The notes below the pieces were generated by a model. The model was given only the letters and a program-made list of their open reading frames with translations, was not told the DNA's origin and ran no database searches. A stretch of DNA of 64,000 nt from Escherichia coli (GTDB taxonomy: Bacteria > Pseudomonadota > Gammaproteobacteria > Enterobacterales > Enterobacteriaceae). The number at the start of each line of letters is the position of its first letter. The first letter of the stretch is position 1. Shown in pieces: positions 1-10,825 of this stretch. Location of the stretch: NCBI RefSeq assembly GCF_003991155.1, contig NZ_CP031293.1. One strand, 5' to 3'. Both the position numbers and the translations under genes were made by a program.

Positions 1-57
1 CTTTCACTGCTTTTACCCTCTACCATTAGGCTAATTGCGACGAGAAAGGGACGACCT

Positions 58-186
58 ATGAATACTAACGTTTTTCGACTGCTCCTGCTGGGAAGCCTGT
101 TCAGCCTTAGCGCCTGTGTGCAGCAAAGCGAAGTGCGGCAGATGAAACACAGCGTCAGCACACTGAACCAGGAGATGACGCAACTC
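58..186 (+). pseudogene. yajI: yajI 5' fragment (lipoprotein signal peptide and N-terminus), truncated by IS insertion
   Basis: ORF 58..246 starts with a lipoprotein-type signal (LLLGSLFSLSAC); the YajI-like reading stops matching after ...EMTQL at 186 and runs into IS sequence. The rest of the protein resumes in frame at about 1940. Confidence 0.75.
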
Positions 187-197
187 ATTGACATCCT

Positions 198-217
198 CCA
201 CGCCCTGAAGGACGTGG
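198..217. repeat. IS subterminal imperfect palindrome (right-end hairpin, tnpB side)
   Basis: ccacgccctgaaggacgtgg, about 11 nt inside the inferred end; same loop motif as the hairpin at 1899..1918. Confidence 0.6.
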
Positions 218-230
218 ATCCCTGCTACGT

Positions 231-1439
231 TCAGGCTGTCGCCTGAATCATTTCGGTGGGTTCCTGCTTCAACGGGCGGCCTGACTGCACCATCCCTCCA
301 CAGGCAAGAACGGCGTGCCCCGCCGCTAAAATGTTACGAGCGCCATTTACATCGGCGTTCGCTGTATATCCACATACCTGGCATCTGAATTGACTTTGTG
401 ACAGGCGATTTTCTTTCGCTGTATGACCACAGCACGTGCAACGCTGGCTTGTGTACGCTGGCGGAACAGCAAGCACCTGACCGCCACGCCAGAGCTGCTT
501 GTACTCAAGCTGGCGGCGCATTTCATACCAGCCCTGATCCAGTACCGAACGGTTTAAACCTGATTTTGCCCGGACATTGCGTCCCGGCTGGCTGACCGTA
601 CCCGCTGCTGACTTTGACATGTTGCTGACCTTCAAATCCTCAATGACTATCATTGCGTGGTTTTTGCTGACGGTCGTTGTGACTTTGTGAAGGTAGTCCC
701 TGCGGATATTTGCGATACGGGAATGCAGTCGCTGTATTTTGCGTTTCTGCTTCTGCCAGTTATTGCTGAATTCGACCTTGCGGCTTAACTGTCGCTGAAG
801 TCTCGCCAGCGTCTTCTGGTTTTTCTGAAAACTGTTTACAGGCTCAAAGACTGTGCCATCTGACAGCGTGGCGAGTTTAGCCACGCCAGCATCCAGCCCG
901 ACCATTGATGCTGAAGGGTGAACCGGAGTGGATACTTCACTTTCTGTCTGAATACTGATGTACCACTTACCGCAGGACTGGCTGACAGTGACATTTTTCA
1001 CAACACCCGTGACCTGACGGCTGTTCCGGTAGCGCATCCAGCCCAGTTTCGGCAGAAAAATACGGCTGTTTTCCTGATCGAGCTTAACGCCCTGCGGGTA
1101 GCGGAATGCATCATTCTGTCCCCGCTTTTTGAATCGGGGAAAAGCAGCCCGCTTCTGGAAGAAGTTTTTGTAAGCCCGCTCAAGGTCTTTCAGTGACTGT
1201 TGCAATGGCTGTGAGGGCGAATCTTTAAGCCATTGCGTTCCAGTGGCGTTTTTCCACTCAACCAGCCAGGAAGCCATTTTCCCGTAAGGGATGTATTTAT
1301 TACCGGCCTCATGATTCTCATTCTGAAGCGCCAGAGCACGATTGAAAACGAAACGACATGCGCCTGCGAAGCGCCTCATTTCATGCTCCTGTTGACCACC
1401 GGGTCTTAACTGGAATTTAAATGCCTGTAGTCGTTTCAC
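231..1439 (-). CDS. tnpB: TnpB (OrfB), IS605-family RuvC-like nuclease with C-terminal zinc finger; apparently intact, 402 aa
   Basis: Track ORF 231..1439. N-terminus [13 protein letters not shown] is typical of TnpB/OrfB; C-terminal CTCCGH...[18 protein letters not shown] is the zinc-finger/RuvC-III region. GTG start read at 1439. Confidence 0.85.
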   Translation of the reverse strand: MKRLQAFKFQLRPGGQQEHEMRRFAGACRFVFNRALALQNENHEAGNKYIPYGKMASWLVEWKNATGTQWLKDSPSQPLQQSLKDLERAYKNFFQKRAAFPRFKKRGQNDAFRYPQGVKLDQENSRIFLPKLGWMRYRNSRQVTGVVKNVTVSQSCGKWYISIQTESEVSTPVHPSASMVGLDAGVAKLATLSDGTVFEPVNSFQKNQKTLARLQRQLSRKVEFSNNWQKQKRKIQRLHSRIANIRRDYLHKVTTTVSKNHAMIVIEDLKVSNMSKSAAGTVSQPGRNVRAKSGLNRSVLDQGWYEMRRQLEYKQLWRGGQVLAVPPAYTSQRCTCCGHTAKENRLSQSQFRCQVCGYTANADVNGARNILAAGHAVLACGGMVQSGRPLKQEPTEMIQATA

Positions 1440-1461
1440 AGGTCAAATTATATTTTGGTCT

Positions 1462-1973
1462 GTGAAAAAAGAAACCGATATCCGGCGTGGAAGGCATTGT
1501 GTTTTCCTGATGCATGTTCACCTGGTCTTTGTCCCAAATACCGACGCCAGATTTTTGACCATGACGCGACAGAAAAACTACGCACTTACTTTTCAAATGT
1601 ATGTGCTGATTTTGAAGCTGAACGGGTTGAAATGGATGGCGAACCAGATCACGTCCATTTGTTAATTAACTATCCTCCCAAACTGGCGATATCCAGTCTG
1701 GTAAACAGCCTCAAAGGTGTATCGGGTAGGTGACTGCGACGAGATCGACCAGATATTGCAGTCAGGTATTACTACAAAGGCGTTTTGTGGAGTCCTGGCT
1801 ATTTTGCCAGTAGCTGCGGAGGTGCGCCAATATCCGTCATCCGCCAATACATTGAACAACAGCAAACACCTGGTCAGGTGGAAAACCGCGCCTTATATCC
1901 CCGCCCTGAAGGACGGGGTTTTACGGCGCACCGGATAAAGAAACCGTCAAAATCACTCAGCAAAACAGGCTGA
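1462..1973 (+). pseudogene. tnpA: tnpA (IS200-like Y1 HuH transposase), disrupted by at least two frameshifts
   Basis: Transposase motifs are spread over three frames: HVHLVFVP (1462..1665), PKYRRQ...DHVHLLINYPPKLAISSLVNSLKG (1455..1733), WSPGYFASSCGGAPISVIRQYIEQQ (1785..1973). The first shift sits at the A-run in gtcccaaatacc. Confidence 0.8.
1899..1918. repeat. IS subterminal imperfect palindrome (left-end hairpin, tnpA side)
   Basis: ccccgccctgaaggacgggg, about 20 nt inside the inferred end. Confidence 0.6.
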
Positions 1974-2344
1974 ATGCAAAATCCAGCAGTGGGGTTTACC
2001 TTCTGCCTGGAGCGAAAACACCGGCAAGACTGGAAAGCCAGATCGGTACTTTACGTATGTCGCTAGTGAATATTACGCATGATACAGATGGCACCACCCT
2101 GACGCTACGTATTCAGGGCGAGTCGAATGACCCCTTGCCCGCATTCAGCGGAACTGTTGAATATGGGCAAATTCAGGGAACAATAGACAACTTTCAGGAA
2201 ATCAATTTGCAGAATCAATTGATTAATGCCCCTGCCAGCGTCCTCGTCCCCAGCGATGTTGATATTCCGTTACAGTTAAAGGGGATTTCTGTAGAACAGT
2301 TAGACTTTGTACGTATCCACGACATTCAACCTGTTATGCAGTAA
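1940..2344 (+). pseudogene. yajI: yajI 3' fragment (remainder of lipoprotein YajI)
   Basis: In-frame continuation ETVKITQQNRLNAKSSSGVYLLPGAK... leading into track ORF 2057..2344 (MSLVNITHDTDGTTLTLRIQGESNDPLPAFSG...). Confidence 0.75.
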
Positions 2345-2469
2345 ACGTATAGCGGGGCGATTTTGTGCGTCCCGCAACATCTTTTCCCGTCATTTTGTTA
2401 CTCCGCTTACATCACCTGGATTGATAGTAAAAGTTTGCAACAAGGGTGAAAGTCAGTACAATCCCCGCC

Positions 2470-2560
2470 CGAATGTGTGTAAACGTGAACGCAATCGATT
2501 ACGTAAATGATAGAACTGTGAAACGAAACATATTTTTGTGAGCAATGATTTTTATAATAG
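2470..2560 (+). promoter_or_regulatory. tsx promoter region with CRP/CytR-type TGTGA half-sites
   Basis: TGTGA motifs at about 2517 and 2537 and an AT-rich -10-like stretch upstream of the tsx start; tsx is a known CRP/CytR/DeoR-regulated gene. Confidence 0.45.
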
Positions 2561-2642
2561 GCTCCTCTGTATACGAAATATTTAGAAACGCAATTTGCGC
2601 CTTTTTCACTCCCGCAAGGGATTTTCAAACAGTGGCATACAT

Positions 2643-3527
2643 ATGAAAAAAACATTACTGGCAGCCGGTGCGGTACTGGCGCTCTCTTCGTCTTTTACTG
2701 TCAACGCAGCTGAAAACGACAAACCGCAGTATCTTTCCGACTGGTGGCACCAGAGCGTTAACGTTGTCGGAAGCTATCACACCCGTTTCGGACCGCAGAT
2801 CCGCAACGATACCTACCTTGAGTACGAAGCATTCGCTAAAAAAGACTGGTTCGACTTCTATGGTTATGCGGATGCGCCGGTATTCTTCGGCGGTAACTCC
2901 GATGCAAAAGGTATCTGGAACCACGGTTCTCCGCTGTTTATGGAAATCGAACCGCGTTTCTCCATCGACAAACTGACCAATACTGACCTTAGCTTCGGTC
3001 CGTTCAAAGAGTGGTACTTCGCGAACAACTACATTTACGACATGGGTCGTAATAAAGATGGTCGCCAGAGCACCTGGTACATGGGTCTGGGTACCGACAT
3101 CGATACTGGTCTGCCGATGAGCCTGTCCATGAACGTCTATGCGAAATACCAGTGGCAGAACTATGGCGCAGCGAACGAAAACGAGTGGGACGGTTACCGT
3201 TTCAAAATTAAATACTTTGTGCCGATTACCGATCTGTGGGGCGGTCAGCTGAGCTACATCGGCTTCACCAACTTCGACTGGGGTTCCGATTTAGGGGATG
3301 ACAGCGGTAACGCAATCAACGGTATTAAGACCCGTACTAATAACTCTATCGCTTCCAGCCATATTCTGGCTCTGAACTACGATCATTGGCACTACTCTGT
3401 CGTAGCTCGTTACTGGCACGACGGTGGTCAGTGGAACGACGATGCAGAACTGAACTTCGGCAACGGCAACTTCAACGTTCGCTCTACCGGCTGGGGTGGT
3501 TACCTGGTAGTAGGTTACAACTTCTAA
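2643..3527 (+). CDS. tsx: Nucleoside-specific outer-membrane channel Tsx
   Basis: Track ORF 2595..3527 contains [38 protein letters not shown]...; ATG at 2643 gives the 294-aa precursor ending in GYNF. Confidence 0.95.
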
Positions 3528-3535
3528 TTGTGAGA

Positions 3536-3564
3536 ATGCCGGATTTCATATCCGGCATTTTTTA
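3536..3564 (+). terminator. Intrinsic terminator of tsx (hairpin plus T-run)
   Basis: atgccggatttcatatccggcat followed by tttttt, directly after the tsx stop. Confidence 0.75.
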
Positions 3565-3912
3565 TCACTTCTTCTTGTTCATCATCGCTTTCAGGTCAGC
3601 GAATGGGTTGTACTTCGCTTCACCGACATCTTTCTGCGCATCTTCCCCTGCGATAACGGTCGTACCATACTGATCCGCTTCGGTATATTTCGAATGCTCA
3701 TGATCGTGGCAATAGAGACAAAGCAATTCCCAGTTACTGCCATCTTCCGGGTTATTGGTATGGTCGTGATCAATGTGGTGAACGGTAAGTTCACGCAGGT
3801 TGGAATAAACAAACTCACGGGAACAGCGACCGCAGACCCACGGATAGATTTTTAATGCTTTTTCGCGATAGCCGCTTTCTAACCGCGCATAGTTTTTTGG
3901 GATGATAGCCAT
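3565..3912 (-). CDS. yajD: HNH-nuclease-family protein YajD
   Basis: 115-aa ORF MAIIPKNYARLESGYREKALKIYPWVCGRCSREF... with the HNH His/Cys pattern (HHIDHDH...CLYCHDHEH). Confidence 0.9.
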   Translation of the reverse strand: MAIIPKNYARLESGYREKALKIYPWVCGRCSREFVYSNLRELTVHHIDHDHTNNPEDGSNWELLCLYCHDHEHSKYTEADQYGTTVIAGEDAQKDVGEAKYNPFADLKAMMNKKK

Positions 3913-3999
3913 GAAAAGTTACCTGGATGAAATGTAGGGTTACGCGCAGTTTCCCAAGATGCGGGGATTTTCGCAATCCTGAGTCAAGAAATTCTCACA

Positions 4000-4281
4000 T
4001 TACCAGTGACGGCGAGGTTCCATCAGCTGATGAAGAATGCGCGCAATGAGAATGTCATCGACTCTTATAACGTAATAAACAGTGTGAAACCTAAATGCGA
4101 TCTTCTTTACCTCTGGAATCGCATCATAGTCTTGCCCTATCTCGGGCATTTGAGAGAGTGTATCCAGAAAAATGCCGAGAGAGTCGGTGTAGCGATCCGC
4201 CTGCTCCTCACCAAACTTTCCCAGCGTGTAGTCATAGATCCCTCTGAAATCTTCAACAGCTTTTCCGCTAAGCTTATACAC
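4000..4281 (-). CDS. parE: ParE/RelE-superfamily type II toxin (ParE-like)
   Basis: Track ORF 4000..4314; the likely start is the GTG at 4281 (VYKLSGKAVEDF...), overlapping the antitoxin stop by 8 nt. ParE-like pattern ...YKLS..A..D...IYDY......A.R.......L..MPE.G......P......R...Y.YY.IRVDD.I.IARILH. Confidence 0.75.
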   Translation of the reverse strand: MYKLSGKAVEDFRGIYDYTLGKFGEEQADRYTDSLGIFLDTLSQMPEIGQDYDAIPEVKKIAFRFHTVYYVIRVDDILIARILHQLMEPRRHW

Positions 4282-4516
4282 GATGTTTTTGCTTCCTTTC
4301 TGCTGCGATATCACGAAGCGTCATCGAACTTTCACCGCTCTCAAGACCTTCAATAACAGCATTTCTGACAGCTTCATCCCTGGATTCTTGTTGTTCCAAT
4401 AGACGAAGCGCTGAACGCATTACTTCACTGGCCGAGCCATAACGACCAGACTGGACCATCCGTGTAATAAAACTATCTAATTGTTCGCCAACGCTTACTG
4501 AGGTAATTTTGCGCAT
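4274..4516 (-). CDS. parD: ParD-family (RHH/CopG-like) type II antitoxin
   Basis: 80 aa, MRKITSVSVGEQLDSFITRMVQSGRYGSASEVMRSALRLLEQQE...; ATG at 4516 with a GGAGA ribosome-binding site 7 nt upstream; sits immediately upstream of, and overlapping, the toxin ORF. Confidence 0.8.
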   Translation of the reverse strand: MRKITSVSVGEQLDSFITRMVQSGRYGSASEVMRSALRLLEQQESRDEAVRNAVIEGLESGESSMTLRDIAAERKQKHRV

Positions 4517-4529
4517 AAGCGATCTCCAT

Positions 4530-4546
4530 GTATTAACTATTAATAC
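4530..4546. promoter_or_regulatory. Perfect palindrome upstream of parD (candidate autoregulatory operator)
   Basis: gtattaa-cta-ttaatac, about 15 bp upstream of the parD start codon. Confidence 0.4.
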
Positions 4547-4666
4547 AAAGTATATGTCAGAACTCTTTCTACAACCAAACCGTATTCAGTTGCATGTGAA
4601 ACAGGCAAAAAAAACCGCAGCGCAAATACGCCACGGTTTTTTTAACAGAACGGATTTAAAACACCC

Positions 4667-5638
4667 TTAAGGCAGAATTGACGGCTGATCCGCCCCTTCT
4701 TTTTCCACTTTCTGCTGCAGCATGTGTTCGCGCTTCATACCCAGTTTCAGAGCCAGCGCCGATGCTACGTAGATGGAAGATGCAGTACCGATGGAAACAC
4801 CGATAAGCATGGTCAGCGAGAAGCCTTCCAGTACCGGACCACCGAAGAGGTACAGCATCAGGATAACCATCAAGGTAGTACCGGATGTGATCAAGGTACG
4901 GTGCAGCGTCTGGGTCAAGGACACGTTAAAGATTTCGTAAGGCGTACCGCGACGGATCTTGCGGAAGTTTTCACGAATACGGTCCGATACCACGATACTG
5001 TCGTTAAGCGAGTAACCGATAACTGACATCAACGATGCCACAATGGTCAGGTCAATCTCGATATGGAATAACGACAAAATACCCAGCGTAATGATAACGT
5101 CGTGCGCCAGCGCAATAACAACCCCTGCCGCCAGTCGCCACTCAAAGCGGAAACCTACGTACACGAGGATAGACAGCAGCGCCGCCATCAACGCCATCGC
5201 ACCGGTTTGCGCAAGGTCTGCCCCCACGCTCGGCCCGACGAACTCAATACGCTTCACTGCCGCATTCTGATTGGTGGATTCGTTAATCACCTTCAAGACC
5301 TGGCTGCCCAGCACCTGACCGCCGGTTTCGCCTTCAGCAGGCGGCATACGGACCATGATGTCGTGGCTGCTACCAAAGTTTTGCAGCATCGGCTCTTCAA
5401 AACCGGCTTTTTGCAATGCATCACGCATTACGTCAATTTCAGCCGGTTTTTCGAGCGTAATTTCAATAACCGTACCACCGGTGAAATCCAGCCCCCAGTT
5501 AAAGCCGCGCACGCCCATAATAACGATAGCGGCGATTAACAGCAGACCAGAGATGCCGAAAGCCCAGTAGTCCCAGCGCATAAAGTCATAGACTTTACGG
5601 CCGTGGTTTAGTTGTTCAACAGTATATTCCTGTGCCAC
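4667..5638 (-). CDS. secF: Protein translocase subunit SecF
   Basis: Track ORF 4667..5683; the recognised SecF begins at [29 protein letters not shown] (GTG at 5638). Confidence 0.93.
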
Positions 5639-5648
5639 ATCGCACTCC

Positions 5649-7496
5649 TCAGATTGACAGCTTCTTGACGCGCTTGCCGCCATATAGCAGGTTTACGATG
5701 GCACGCGTACCGACAATCGCGGTAAACATCGACGTCGCCACACCGATACCGGTAGTAATCGCGAACCCTTTAATTGCCCCGGTACCCACTGCGTACAGGA
5801 TGGTGACTTTAATCAGCGTGGTGATGTTCGCATCGAAGATGGAACTGAATGCGCCACGATAACCTTCATCAATTGCCTGTTGAACAGTACGTCCGTTGCT
5901 CAACTCTTCTTTAATACGTTCGTTGATCAGTACGTTCGCGTCGACCGCTACCGCAAGGGTTAAGACGATACCCGCGATACCTGGCATACTCAGCGTTGCG
6001 CCTGGCAACAGCGACATAATACCGACGATCAAGATCAAGTTGGCAATCAGAGCACTGGTCGCAATCAGACCAAACTTCTTATAGAAGATGATCATGAACA
6101 GAATAGAAACCAGCAGACCGGCAAGGCAAGCCTCCAGCCCCTGCTCAATGTTCTGCATACCCAGGGTCGGGCCAATTGTACGTTCTTCAACAATCTGAAT
6201 CGGCGCGATCAACGCACCGGCACGCAGCAGCAGTGACAGCTGACGGGCTTCGTTCGGGTTGTTGATGCCGGTGATACGGAAGCTGTTACCCAGACGAGAC
6301 TGGATGTTAGCGATGTTAATCACCTCTTCCTGTTTCACCAGAACCGCACGACCGTTAGCATCTTTCTTGCCGCTGTCTTTGTACTCCACAAACAGGGTCG
6401 CCATCGGTTTGCCGATGTTGTCCTTGGTGAAGTTAGACATAATGTTGCCACCTGCGCTGTCGAGCGAGATGTTAACCTGCGGCTGGTTGTATTCGTCCTG
6501 GCTGGAAGTGGAGTCGGTGATATGGTCACCGGTCAGAATTACGCGTTTGTACAGCACAACCGGCTGACCTTCGCGGGTCTGTTTCACTTCAGAGTCGCCC
6601 GGTACGCGGCCGGATGCCGCAGCGGCCTGATCAACGTTGGTGTTTACCAGACGGAATTCCAGCGTTGCCGTCGCACCCAGAATCTCTTTCGCACGCGCGG
6701 TGTCCTGAATACCTGGCAGTTCAACAACGATACGGTCAGCACCCTGACGCTGAACCACCGGCTCCGCCACGCCAAGTTGGTTTACACGGTTACGCAGGAT
6801 ATTAATGTTCTGCTGCACCGCATATTCACGCGCTTCACTCAGACGAGCATCGCTCATTACCGCACGCAGCTGGTTGCTGCCCTGGCTGCTAATCACCAGG
6901 TCCGGATGGCGCTTGCTCAGATACGCAATGGCTTCATCACGAGCTTTAGCATCGCGGAAAGTGATGCTCAGGCCGTAGTTGTTTTCTTTACGAACGGTGG
7001 TATACGGGATGCCCTTTTCACGCAGGTCGCTGCGCAGGCTATCGATGTTTTGTTCCTGGAGTTTGCCAAGCGCGGTGTCCATATCCACTTCCATCAGGAA
7101 GTGAACGCCGCCACGCAGGTCAAGGCCGAGCTTCATCGGCTCAGCATGAATAGCTGCCAGCCAGCGCGGCGTTGCCGGGGCAAGGTTAAGCGCCACGACG
7201 TATTTGTCACCCATAACGCCCATTAATGCTTCACGAGCGCGCAGCTGGGTGTCAGTGGAGTCGAAGCGCGCAAGAATAGCGCCCTCTTCCAGTGCCACAG
7301 ACTTAGCAGTTATTTTTTCTTCTTGTAACGTTTTCTGGACCTGGATCAGCGTTTGCTCACTGGCGGCGACTCCGCGCGCACCAGTGATCTGAACAGCCGG
7401 ATCCTCACCAAACAGGTTGGGAAGCGCATACAGCAGACCGATGACAATCACCACGATCAGCATGACGTACTTCCACAAAGGATAACGGTTTAACAC
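5649..7496 (-). CDS. secD: Protein translocase subunit SecD
   Basis: 615 aa, [36 protein letters not shown]...; stop 10 bp upstream of the secF start. Confidence 0.95.
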   Translation of the reverse strand: MLNRYPLWKYVMLIVVIVIGLLYALPNLFGEDPAVQITGARGVAASEQTLIQVQKTLQEEKITAKSVALEEGAILARFDSTDTQLRAREALMGVMGDKYVVALNLAPATPRWLAAIHAEPMKLGLDLRGGVHFLMEVDMDTALGKLQEQNIDSLRSDLREKGIPYTTVRKENNYGLSITFRDAKARDEAIAYLSKRHPDLVISSQGSNQLRAVMSDARLSEAREYAVQQNINILRNRVNQLGVAEPVVQRQGADRIVVELPGIQDTARAKEILGATATLEFRLVNTNVDQAAAASGRVPGDSEVKQTREGQPVVLYKRVILTGDHITDSTSSQDEYNQPQVNISLDSAGGNIMSNFTKDNIGKPMATLFVEYKDSGKKDANGRAVLVKQEEVINIANIQSRLGNSFRITGINNPNEARQLSLLLRAGALIAPIQIVEERTIGPTLGMQNIEQGLEACLAGLLVSILFMIIFYKKFGLIATSALIANLILIVGIMSLLPGATLSMPGIAGIVLTLAVAVDANVLINERIKEELSNGRTVQQAIDEGYRGAFSSIFDANITTLIKVTILYAVGTGAIKGFAITTGIGVATSMFTAIVGTRAIVNLLYGGKRVKKLSI

Positions 7497-7523
7497 GGCA
7501 ATTCCCTTAGGGAAAAATTTTAA

Positions 7524-7856
7524 TTACAGCGCCTTCATGGTGCCTTTCGGCAGGACGGCAGCTACGAAGTCACGTTTAATAACTACTTCAGTGGTGTCAT
7601 TCAGCGCGATAGCAATGTAGCCGTTTTCCGCTACTTTGGTTACGCGACCAACCAGGCCACCGTTCGTCAGAACTTCATCACCTTTGGCAATGGAGTCCAT
7701 CAGCTTTTTGTGTTCTTTGGTGCGCTTCTGCTGTGGACGCAGGATCATGAAATAGAAAATCAGACCGAATACCACCAGCATCAAAATCAAAGACATCGGG
7801 CTACCTTGCGCCGGTGCACCCGTTGCCGCTACCGCATCAGAAATAAAAAAGCTCAT
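7524..7856 (-). CDS. yajC: Sec translocon accessory subunit YajC
   Basis: Track ORF 7524..7886; the recognised YajC starts at MSFFISDAVAATGAPAQGSPMSLILMLVVFGLIFYFMILRPQQKR (110 aa). Confidence 0.9.
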   Translation of the reverse strand: MSFFISDAVAATGAPAQGSPMSLILMLVVFGLIFYFMILRPQQKRTKEHKKLMDSIAKGDEVLTNGGLVGRVTKVAENGYIAIALNDTTEVVIKRDFVAAVLPKGTMKAL

Positions 7857-7878
7857 TAAATTTCCCTCATTATTAATA

Positions 7879-9021
<1,143 letters not shown>

Positions 9022-9060
9022 TCAGAAAAACAGTCCAACGTTTAAACCAGCGCCGCGGAA

Positions 9061-10131
9061 TTACTCCCCGACGCGCTCATTAATTGCCTGCGGATTGTAC
9101 GTGATAAACATCGCATCACCGTAACTAAAAAAGCGATATTTCTCTTCTACCGCCGCTTTATAGGCGTTCATAGTGTGTTGATAGCCGGCAAATGCCGAAA
9201 CCAGCATAATCAGCGTCGATTCAGGAAGGTGGAAGTTCGTCACCAGCGCATCGACCACTTTGTACTGGAAGCCGGGATAGATAAAGATTTGGGTATCGTC
9301 AAAGAACGGTTCGATGAGATCGTTTTTCGCCGCCTGGGCCGCGCTTTCCAGCGAACGTACCGAGGTGGTGCCAACCGCAATCACCCGGTTACCGCGCGCT
9401 TTCGCCGCCAGTACCGCGTCTACCACATCCTGCGGTACTTCAGCGTATTCCGAGTGCATGATGTGATCTTCAATGGTGTCGACGCGCACCGGCTGGAAGG
9501 TGCCCGCACCAACGTGCAGGGTGACAAACGCCATCTCCACGCCTTTGGCGCGTAATTTTTCCAGCAAAGGTTCGTCAAAATGCAGACCAGCGGTCGGGGC
9601 TGCAACCGCGCCCGGTTTTTCGCTATAAACGGTTTGATAAAGTTCGCGGTCAGCGTCTTCGTCCGGACGGTCGATATACGGCGGCAGCGGCATATGGCCG
9701 ATGCTGTTGAGGATATCCAGTACCGAACGATCATCATTAAATTCGACTTCAAACAGTGCGCCGTGGCGCGCGGTCATTGTTGCGTTAATACTTTCGTCAT
9801 CGCCCAGCAGCAGTTCTGCGCCAGGTTTTGGCGCTTTCGAGGCGCGAATATGCGCAAGAATGCGTTTGTCGTCGAGCATCCGCTCAACCAGCACTTCAAT
9901 CTTGCCGCCGCTGGCTTTACGCCCAAACAGACGCGCCGGGATCACGCGGGTATTATTAAAAACCAGAAGATCGCCGGGGTTGAGCTTATCGAGTAAATCG
10001 GTGAAAGTACCGTGCGTCAGCGCGCCCGTCGGCCCGTCCAGCGACAGTAAACGACAGCTACTGCGTTCAGGCATGGGATAGTGGGCAATCAGGGATTCGG
10101 GCAATTCAAAGGAGAAATCGGTAACGCGCAT
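9061..10131 (-). CDS. queA: S-adenosylmethionine:tRNA ribosyltransferase-isomerase
   Basis: 356 aa, [33 protein letters not shown]... Confidence 0.95.
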   Translation of the reverse strand: MRVTDFSFELPESLIAHYPMPERSSCRLLSLDGPTGALTHGTFTDLLDKLNPGDLLVFNNTRVIPARLFGRKASGGKIEVLVERMLDDKRILAHIRASKAPKPGAELLLGDDESINATMTARHGALFEVEFNDDRSVLDILNSIGHMPLPPYIDRPDEDADRELYQTVYSEKPGAVAAPTAGLHFDEPLLEKLRAKGVEMAFVTLHVGAGTFQPVRVDTIEDHIMHSEYAEVPQDVVDAVLAAKARGNRVIAVGTTSVRSLESAAQAAKNDLIEPFFDDTQIFIYPGFQYKVVDALVTNFHLPESTLIMLVSAFAGYQHTMNAYKAAVEEKYRFFSYGDAMFITYNPQAINERVGE

Positions 10132-10223
10132 GACACTGACTCAGACTAAAATAAGAGGCGGGTAGTCTAGTGCCGGGGCGCTCTCCCTGCAACCTTTACC
10201 CCCCTTTGGATAGAATATAATCG

Positions 10224-10805
10224 ATGAATTTTTTAGCTCACCTGCATTTAGCCCATCTCGCGGAAAGCTCGCTTTCCGGCAATTTGCTGGCTGATTTCGT
10301 ACGCGGAAATCCTGAAGAAAGTTTTCCGCCCGACGTCGTGGCTGGCATTCATATGCATCGGCGCATTGATGTACTAACCGACAATCTGCCGGAAGTCCGC
10401 GAAGCACGGGAATGGTTTCGTAGTGAAACGCGCCGCGTTGCGCCTATTACGCTGGATGTCATGTGGGATCACTTTCTTTCCCGCCACTGGTCGCAGCTGT
10501 CGCCGGACTTTCCGCTACAGGAATTTGTCTGTTATGCCCGCGAGCAAGTGATGACGATTTTGCCGGACTCACCGCCACGTTTTATCAATCTGAACAATTA
10601 CTTGTGGTCAGAGCAGTGGCTGGTGCGCTATCGCGATATGGATTTCATCCAGAACGTGTTAAACGGCATGGCAAGCCGTCGCCCACGTCTGGATGCCCTG
10701 CGTGACTCCTGGTACGATTTAGACGCCCATTACGATGCTCTCGAAACCCGCTTCTGGCAGTTTTATCCGCGGATGATGGCGCAGGCGTCACGCAAGGCGC
10801 TCTGA
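10224..10805 (+). CDS. acpH: Acyl carrier protein phosphodiesterase
   Basis: 193 aa, [32 protein letters not shown]... Confidence 0.93.
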   Translation: MNFLAHLHLAHLAESSLSGNLLADFVRGNPEESFPPDVVAGIHMHRRIDVLTDNLPEVREAREWFRSETRRVAPITLDVMWDHFLSRHWSQLSPDFPLQEFVCYAREQVMTILPDSPPRFINLNNYLWSEQWLVRYRDMDFIQNVLNGMASRRPRLDALRDSWYDLDAHYDALETRFWQFYPRMMAQASRKAL

Positions 10806-10825
10806 AACTTCAAGCTCCGGCGTCA

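Larger units (their letters stand above)
187..1939 (-). mobile_element. IS200/IS605-family insertion sequence (divergent tnpA/tnpB, no terminal inverted repeats)
   Basis: Contains a TnpB ORF (231..1439, -) and a frameshifted Y1 HuH transposase (1462..1973, +). Two subterminal hairpins share the motif GCCCTGAAGGAC (198..217 and 1899..1918). Boundaries are inferred from the in-frame junction of the two yajI fragments and are approximate (+/- a few bp). Confidence 0.8.

Noticed and set aside
1455-1973. Programmed ribosomal frameshifting as an explanation for the split tnpA
   Set aside because: Y1 transposases of this family are normally single-frame proteins, and two separate shifts are needed here; decay is the simpler explanation, although a sequencing error at the homopolymer cannot be excluded without reads.
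6522-7226. 234-aa plus-strand ORF inside secD, and similar antisense ORFs inside malZ (13132..13758), sbcC (22930..23370), frmA (54852..55679), mhpE (59286..59963) and secF (5102..5539)
   Set aside because: All are embedded in well-supported genes on the opposite strand and show no family resemblance; treated as chance open frames.
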